Origin: Octopus vulgaris
Lineage: Eukaryota
Length of the DNA stretch: 64,000 bases
Assembly: GCA_951406725.2 (NCBI GenBank)
Contig: OX597825.1
Location: 26,164,001-26,228,000 of the forward strand
Direction of reading: 5' to 3'
The position numbers and the translations under genes were made by a program. The notes below the pieces were generated by a model. That model saw only the letters and a program-made list of their open reading frames with translations. It was not told where the DNA came from and searched no databases. Positions 56,576 through 64,000 of this stretch are shown piece by piece; within the stretch, counting starts at the first letter, position 1, and each line of letters starts with the position of its first letter.

Positions 56576-57760
56576 TTAAAGACCAAATTGATTGGATAAT
56601 TGTGTCGCTTTTCTTTTGTTCCAGTGCCTAAAGCTCAAAGTGTGGTTATTGAACCTGGCCTTGAAATTACCCTCTGTCAGGCCCACGTATTTCTTCGTCG
56701 AAACGGTGTCTTTAGTGGTTATAGAGTTTACGGTAGCTTCATATATGATGGTCTTGGACATGCAAGCTCCATTTAGCGGGCACAATTCTTTATTCCTGCA
56801 TGAACAGCTGTTTTCTTCTTGTGTTTTTTGTATGTTATGATTGATTATGTTTTTAAAATTGGTAGTTGAACTAAAACTAATTTTTAAATTGTGTCTATTG
56901 AAGAGTTTCCTATAAGCATGGTTAACTGGAAAATGTCTATCTATCAGTGCTAGGAAATATTTACCTATATTGAAGGCCACCTCGGGTGAGTAAGGGGGCG
57001 TAAACCAGATGACCTTCCTATTTCTATTATTCCTTTTCCTTATTGTTGGGCTGGTGATAGGTGTATATTTTATTTTTTCGCTAAAACCACTATCTTTTAA
57101 AGCTTTATTATAAACTGGGGCAACGCTATTGAAGATGTCCTCATTAGATGAGAGGCTAGAAATCCTCTTACTAATATTTTTAACTAAATTTTTGAATACT
57201 ATAGGGGGATGACATGAACCTACATTAATATAACTTAGTCTATCATTGGGCTTCCTATAAGGCTTATAAATATTATTATTAAGATCTAAGGAAACGTCTA
57301 AGAAATTGACAACCGTCAGGTTAGTGTCTATAGTTATACTAAGTCCGAAGTGTTTCATTAACTGGATAATATCCTTCCTAAAACGATCTTGTGCTGGTCC
57401 ATTTGTATTAGCTGTTAATGCGAGGGCATCATCTTTGTAGATGGCGAAATGTACGTTAGTGAATGTCTTACTGAAGGTATCTAGGAGAAAGAGTCCAATT
57501 AGATCACAGATGCCTGCCCCATCATATGAACCCATGCTCACATCGAAAGCGCCCTCCGTGTCGGTGTTTTTTACCCACTTTGCATTCTCACTGAAAAGTA
57601 ATGTCTTTCTAGCATGGAAGATTATATCCTTATCATTGGTACTAATTTCTATGAAGTCACTAGCGAAGATTAGGGCTTTATCTAGCAGTTCTTTAGAGAT
57701 AGAGGCATAAAAATCAACAATATCGAATTGTGTAAACCTCGCTTTTTTTCTTATTCTTAA
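56576..57760 (-). pseudogene. Penelope-like reverse transcriptase-GIY-YIG endonuclease (5'-truncated, 3'-frameshifted)
   Basis: FTQFDIVDFYAS (motif A, upstream of the listed start), MGSYDGAGICDLIG, IYKDD, VNFLDVSLDL, SCHPP, CSC..CPLNGAC zinc motif, IIYEA..YVGLTEGNFKARFNNH (GIY-YIG). Confidence 0.93.
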
Positions 57761-57927
57761 TAGCTTTAAACCAGTCTACGACTTCTATACTATTGGACCA
57801 TTGCATTGGAGCCTAGTAATAAAGGCCTCTTTTTGGGGGAGGGTTTCTATTTTTTTATCTAATTTAAGTTTAGCGGCGATGACGCGAAAAAAGCGAGGTT
57901 TACACAATTCGATATTCGACACAATTC

Positions 57928-58186
57928 GACACAATTATCCAATCATATTTGGTCTTTAAGAGATAAAGGTGTCGATTATAACATACAATGGAAGATTTTG
58001 GCCAGATGTAAGCCCTATACTAACGGCAGCGGAAGGTGCGGTTTATGCGACATGGAGAGATGGCTTATCTGGAAAAGCAGCTTAGACCCTACCACATGTC
58101 TAAATACAAGGACAGAGCTTTTCGGATCATGCCCACATGTGACTAAATTTCTGTTACGTTTTTGGTCCCCTAAAGAAAACGGATAG
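57928..58186 (+). pseudogene. Intact GIY-YIG C-terminus within the inverted pLTR
   Basis: TQLSNHIWSLRDKGVDYNIQWKILARCKPYTNGSGRCGLCDMERWLI..LNTRTELFGSCPH..*, the CxLC / LN.R.E / C.H pattern of Naiad-type endonucleases. Confidence 0.88.
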
Positions 58187-58375
58187 AACATGCTTTCTGT
58201 GTTATGTCCCAAGAAGATTTTATATATTTTTATATATTTTTATATATTTTTATGTATTTTTATATAATTTTTATGACGAAAAATGCGAGCGATGTATAAG
58301 TACGCAGGCAAAGCAGAGTTATAACAGAGTAATTTCCCTTCATTTTTAACGGTATTTTTTCATAACGTTTTCAAA

Positions 58376-58449
58376 TAGCCAGATAACCGAAGAGATGGTG
58401 TTGTGGATTTCCACTTCGGCATCTGAAACTCAGAGTTTTATCTTGACTA
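58376..58449 (+). ncRNA. Hammerhead ribozyme variant in the Penelope pLTR (right copy)
   Basis: Same as the left copy except GATGGTG in stem II. Core at 58387-58393, GAAA at 58425-58428, predicted cleavage after 58437. Confidence 0.7.
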
Positions 58450-58539
58450 CCGAGTAATGTAACATATTGTATAGATAAATTTCCTCTATTTACATAATAT
58501 TGAGGTCTCTTTCTTTCTTTTGTTATCTTACCGTTTTAT

Positions 58540-58644
<105 letters not shown>

Positions 58645-58725
58645 CCAATACTTGTTCGAGTGGTAAACACTAGCTACCATCTATGCTGGACGGTACCAAG
58701 CTGTTGACACTACCACATAAGCAAC

Positions 58726-58767
<42 letters not shown>

Positions 58768-58828
58768 CATACACATAAGCAATAATAAATCTCAGAGCAA
58801 GTTATAAAGAGTAGCTACAACACATCGA

Positions 58829-59046
58829 GACGTACATTTGCCATTTAAATAAGGTTAACCCCTAAAGGTAGATGCTACTGTAGTTTGTAGCCCCAGGAGG
58901 ACACCACTTCCAGCTGGCTATAGACACACTGATAGGCCACAGAAAGTGTGTCTATAGGCAGCTGGAGGAGGTGTCCTCCTGGGGCTACAAACTACAGTAG
59001 CATCCACACTTAGGGGTTTGCCATATTTAAATGGCAAATGCACGTC
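58829..59046. repeat. Long fold-back (about 100-bp arms, 14-nt loop), MITE-like
   Basis: For example GATGCTACTGTAGTTTGTAGCCCCAGGAGGACACC pairs with GGTGTCCTCCTGGGGCTACAAACTACAGTAGCATC; loop at 58931-58944. Confidence 0.92.
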
Positions 59047-59067
59047 ACTATATACACACACACACAT

Positions 59068-59107
<40 letters not shown>

Positions 59108-59375
59108 CGAAAAATACGTATACCAAAAATTACATCTTTATTATTGATATCGGCTTATAAATCCGACAATTGTTTCTATTGCATTTACATACACATACAC
59201 GCACACAAACACACATACACTCGCGCACTCACCCACGCGCATACACACAAAAATATGATTACACTTAATATTAATATTTCCGAAAATATATGTTAACACA
59301 ACGTTGTCAAGATGATCCCGAATTGGTGATATTCAAATTGAACATTTAAAATAAATGCCTAAACATACACACACA

Positions 59376-59432
<57 letters not shown>

Positions 59433-60480
59433 CGTATGTGTATGTGTATATATACACACACAAATACATCTGTACACACCTATTTCAAGTACATACACAG
59501 CGGGCAGCTGTATCCTTTGTGTCTCCCAAATTTAACAGTAATCAAACAGTGCTCGAGTTATGCTGCCTCACACACTGCAACATGTTGTGAAGTGTTGGCG
59601 AACACTAAACTGCTTTGAGTGCGAAGAGAAGCGCATGTATAGTCAACAACTTTGCGGTCCATTTTGTCGTTTCACTGTATATTTCTGTCAATTTAGAATA
59701 ACAATCACTGAAAGAGCATCTACAATTATTATCTTTATGCATTCCGTTTTCTTGGTTTTGGGTATCTAAGTGTCTTAGTGCTTTAATAGATTGGATCTGG
59801 TAAAATGGCTATAAAGCAACAATCGCAATATATATTCAAGGAAGATAACTGACGTATTTCCTATTGCAATATACATTTTTTAAAATTATTATTCAAGACC
59901 AAACTGTGTTGTACGTATTGAAACTTGTGCTAGATTGATGTGTTATAATGCATCTTATGTCACTGAATGGTAATTTTTTCAGCAAATGTAAGCAAATAAC
60001 GACATGTACACTATTTGTCGTAGCAGAACATATGATTTACAGGAACACCTAATGCGGAAACGTACCCAGTATTATTTTCAACGAAATATTGTCCCGCATG
60101 GCAAAAAATATTTTTTAATAAAAATATATACATAGCAATTCTTCGTGTATTGTAATATATTGAACGTAATATTTCGGAGATATACTTACTTAGCAAGTGA
60201 TTTATCTGAGATGGGGTATGAACACTGAAACAATGGCATCGTAGAAGAGTCTGAATAACCATTTACGAAGGGACAACAATCTAGTATGTAATTTGGGGCA
60301 TTTCTGAATATAACTATCGTCTAAGAACTACCGATACTTCTCAACGCTTTTCAACAGTTACAATGTTACTGTAACTTAAAATATTGCAATTACTTATTTA
60401 CAATAGATTCATACTGTATTACCTATAATTAGTACGTCTAAAATAATGTAGCGTAATGTTACATAACCTAACGTATTTTA

Positions 60481-60695
60481 TACTCTTTTATTTGTTTCAG
60501 TTATTTGACTGCGGCTATGCTGGAGCACCGCCTTTAGTCGAGCAAGTAAACCCCAGGACTTATTCTTTTTAAGCCTAGTACTTATTCTATTGGTGTCTTT
60601 TGCCAAACCGCTAAGTTACGAGGACGTTAAAAAAACAGCATCAGTTGTCAAGCGATGTGGGATGAGTGCGGGGGCGGTCGCACACACACACACAT

Positions 60696-60728
<33 letters not shown>

Positions 60729-60895
60729 CATATATACGACGGGCTTCTTTCAGTTTCCGTCTACCAAATCCACTCACAAGGCTTTAGTCGGCTCTAGGTT
60801 ATAGTAGAAGACACTTGCCGAAGGTGCCATGCGATGGGATTGGACCTGGAACCATGTGGTTGGTAAGCAAGGTACTTACCACACAGCCACTCCTG
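60481..60895 (-). mobile_element. SINE type A
   Basis: Colinear with the other copies. Confidence 0.9.
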
Positions 60896-60914
60896 AACAT
60901 TTAACTAAGTTACT

Positions 60915-61040
60915 GCAATATGTGGTTCCATTTCAGTCCCAGAAAGTGGTACCCTGGGCGAGCGTCTTCTAGTATATCCTAGACCGACAAGTGACTGTGC
61001 ACAAATTAATATACAGGAGCTGTGCGGAAGCCTGAGAAGC

Positions 61041-61118
<78 letters not shown>

Positions 61119-61295
61119 CTCCCTGCCATCTCGTTACAACTTGTGTTAGTCTATTTATGTCTCCTTAACTAAACGGATCAGCAAATGAACAAGATAGCAT
61201 TACCAAGTGCTGTGGTCGATTTATTATTACTAAAATCATTCAAGATGTTGCCCCAGCATGGCGGCAGTTCAATGACTGAAATAGTTAAAACATGA
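60915..61295 (+). mobile_element. SINE type A, older copy with internal (GT)n
   Basis: Head GGTTCCATTTCAGTCCCAG and tail GCCCCAGCATGGCGGCAGTTCAATGACTGAAA. Confidence 0.8.
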
Positions 61296-62295
61296 AAGAT
61301 ACCAATACTGGTGAAACAGAAGAATGTCTAGAACGTTGTACATATTGGCTTTGCGATATTTAGTTACTTCATTCGACTTCCTGCTATCGAATCCTAACGT
61401 GGCTCATATTTGCTTATAATCTTTTCGACGTTCAGAAAATACATATTCACTGTATACTGCTTTCGTTTGAATCCACTACACACATCTAGTAACAATGAAG
61501 CATTGTAGCCATGTTAGAAATCCATATGAATTGAACAAATGCCTCAGGGTAATTAAACACAAAAGATTATTCTAATTTGTTTCCGATTATTGAAAATTTG
61601 TACTGAAATTATGCAATGTCTAGACATGAATTAAATGATTAGAAATAAAGGAATATCGTATTAACATGTTGATATATATTAAAAGAAATTTACATTATTC
61701 ATTATTTAAAGGATATTTAACTATAATCTAAACATATTTAGAAGCATTTTGCAATTTAAACAATTTGTAAAGTTCGTATCATACATATATGGTCGAAAGG
61801 TCACATCAAATCAAATCTCTTTCAAAGACTAACGAAACATATTTAAATAACCCCATATTTATTCAGTTACATATATATTTATAAGACGTGCATTATTTAT
61901 CGAAACGTATGTATCGCTATTTACGCGTGACCTCTACCTACTTTGAAATTTAAATAGTATCAATATGCTGAAGAATAATTAAATGTTTGCTATGAATTAA
62001 ATGATATCTATTAGCGAAATAGAAACACCAGAAAAAAAAAAAACATTGCAGACGTGATGTAATGAATTTACATTAGAGCTTTCTAATAAAATATAACTTC
62101 GGATCAATTAAACATATGAAAAACACAAGACCACAAGAGAAAAATATGAACAGAGAAAAATTGAGTGATGAATATATTAAAACCCGTTGTAATGTACAGA
62201 ATAAAATCAGTATCGGGTACTTTAAGAATCAATTAAACAATAAAGACGCTTCATAACTATACATAGATACATAAGACGTGTGAAAACTAACATTT

Positions 62296-62780
62296 TCCGA
62301 GCTGAGATTCGAAACTGAATCTAAGGATTATTTTGTCCCTGTTCGGCCAGTTGGGATCAGGCGAGCATGACTACTTAGCTTCAGTTTCGAATCTCAGCTC
62401 GGACGGGCATCACAGATACAGGCCCTGACAGAGTAGATACCAGCTCTATCGTTTGGTATCCCCAGTCGAAGTAACAGCCGATCGCATCAATTTGGTAGCC
62501 GGTCACGGAGCCCCTCTGCCTCCCGTAATTCACAGGAAACTTTTGGGTACCACCGTAAATTTGGAACACAGGCCCAGAAATGCATGACTCCGTGCTCCTT
62601 CTCAGCATCCCGTTCGGAAAACGACACAGCAAAGAATTGAAGGTGACGGAAGTTCCTGGCTCTCATTCACAGAGTCGCCTGTTTTTCGTCTGGTTGTTAC
62701 CGGCGCGGAAATCAGCATAATCCCTGTTTCCCGCACTTCAGGCAACAGAAAAGACCCACTTTGAGTAGCACTGGACCAGA
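62296..62780 (+). pseudogene. Ty3/Gypsy LTR-retrotransposon gag-protease remnant
   Basis: A plus frame reads SRSNSRSHQFGSRSRSPS..FGYHRKFGTQAQKCMTPCSF..ENDTAKN* (gag C-terminal CWYH..FG..A.KC..PC motif), then SRLFFVW and VTGAEISIIP (decayed DTGA protease site). Confidence 0.85.
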
Positions 62781-64000
62781 ATATATATCAGTCTATTGTT
62801 AGAGGCTATATTTCATAGTAACACTTGTACGAATTACATGCAAAATGACGTAAACATTGTCATTGTAAATAATGTCAATCTACTGTTAGATCTCTGTACG
62901 TATTTATATGTGCAAGCTGTGCTCAGTAATTGTTAAATAATTTTGCAGTGTTATATCCATTACAATGAAGTTATCATGAAATTTGCTGTTTTACACAGTT
63001 ACTAAAATGATACATCTTTTATAAGGAAATCTTCTATGTCAGTTGGACGGTCATACGTATAAAACGGCATTTACTTTCAGTGGGAATTTGAGTTGCTAGC
63101 AGACCAGCTTTGTTTTGTCAAAATATCATTTAGAAGATCTAATCCAGGACATTGTGATACAATCTTTTGATTAGATGTAAAGAATTTTTTGCAGTATAGT
63201 AAGAATTTAAAAAAATGCTCTTTTACATATATATATGTTAGTGATCTCCACATATTGTTGATTATTACGTTAAATGTTTATCGTGGCCAATGTCTGATAT
63301 CTTATCTTTTACATTCATAAAGTATTTAATATACGTATGTATTAGACTCGTAAGAACAAATATTTTGTTGGTGCTTTGAAAATATCATCGCCGAACGTTA
63401 TCTTTCTACGTCAATCACATGACAATAGCGTATAATCTGAAGGATATTTGTAGTATTTCGATCGACAACGCTGAAGTTTCCTTACTCTTTATTTACATAT
63501 CTATATTCAATTCAGCACTGCGGGCATTTTGCTCTGTCGCTGCAGATATTCTGAAACTTTGTTCTGCAGATGTCATCCAGTTTTGAGAAGGAAGCGTTTA
63601 CTATTGTGCTGATAGCTACTATGCTGTCATAGAAATTGAATATAGCAATGTCAAGTAATGTACAATTGCCATAGTGATATACAGGAAGCTTGTCTTTGAT
63701 AATATGTTTTGAGATAACCAACAAATTAGGTATTACGTCGCACGTGAATAGATTCTCGTTTTCTTTAATGGTTTCCACAATTTTTCCTTGGCAATTTCCT
63801 TTAGAAAGTGCCATACTTATATTTATGATAGTGCCATATACTGTTCTAGAAAAAACTAAACGATTTTATTGAAACGCAAAATTTCGCAACATCCATTCAA
63901 AGACTAATGTTCATTGCTTTAAGGAATATAATATTTGTGGACAACTTGATTTTCATTGTTACAATTATACTTATTTTGATTCTTTTCTTTGTATAAATCC

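Noticed and set aside
56576-58186. Possible selenoprotein-type Naiad (UGA read as Sec)
   Set aside because: All conserved zinc-motif positions (CSC, CPL, GAC, CGLC, CPH) are ordinary Cys codons; no in-frame TGA was seen there.

Overview
AT-rich, microsatellite-dense eukaryotic non-coding DNA. The SINE families and repeat landscape suggest a cephalopod (Octopus-like) genome; this is an inference. No host protein-coding gene or RNA gene is recognisable, and most listed ORFs are microsatellite artefacts. The window is a patchwork of transposable elements: at least five tRNA-derived SINE types (about 17 copies), a young 5'-truncated CR1-group LINE (40570-43121), a Penelope-like element of Naiad type with RT, GIY-YIG and an inverted pseudo-LTR (56203-58541), and remnants of RTE, HERO-like, R4/Dong-like, Penelope, Gypsy, mariner, Helitron and MITE elements. 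The main hidden signal is RNA structure. At least six hammerhead-ribozyme (HHR) motifs, several with non-canonical cores, sit near the ends of Penelope-type or non-coding elements abutting (TA)n tracts. A HERO-like LINE 3' UTR (20120-20235, minus strand) contains the hammerhead core segments in a scrambled, pseudoknotted order. Also notable are a LINE/SINE pair sharing a 3' tail, a chimeric SINE with one target-site duplication, and several fold-back palindromes. All structures were folded by eye and none has been tested.
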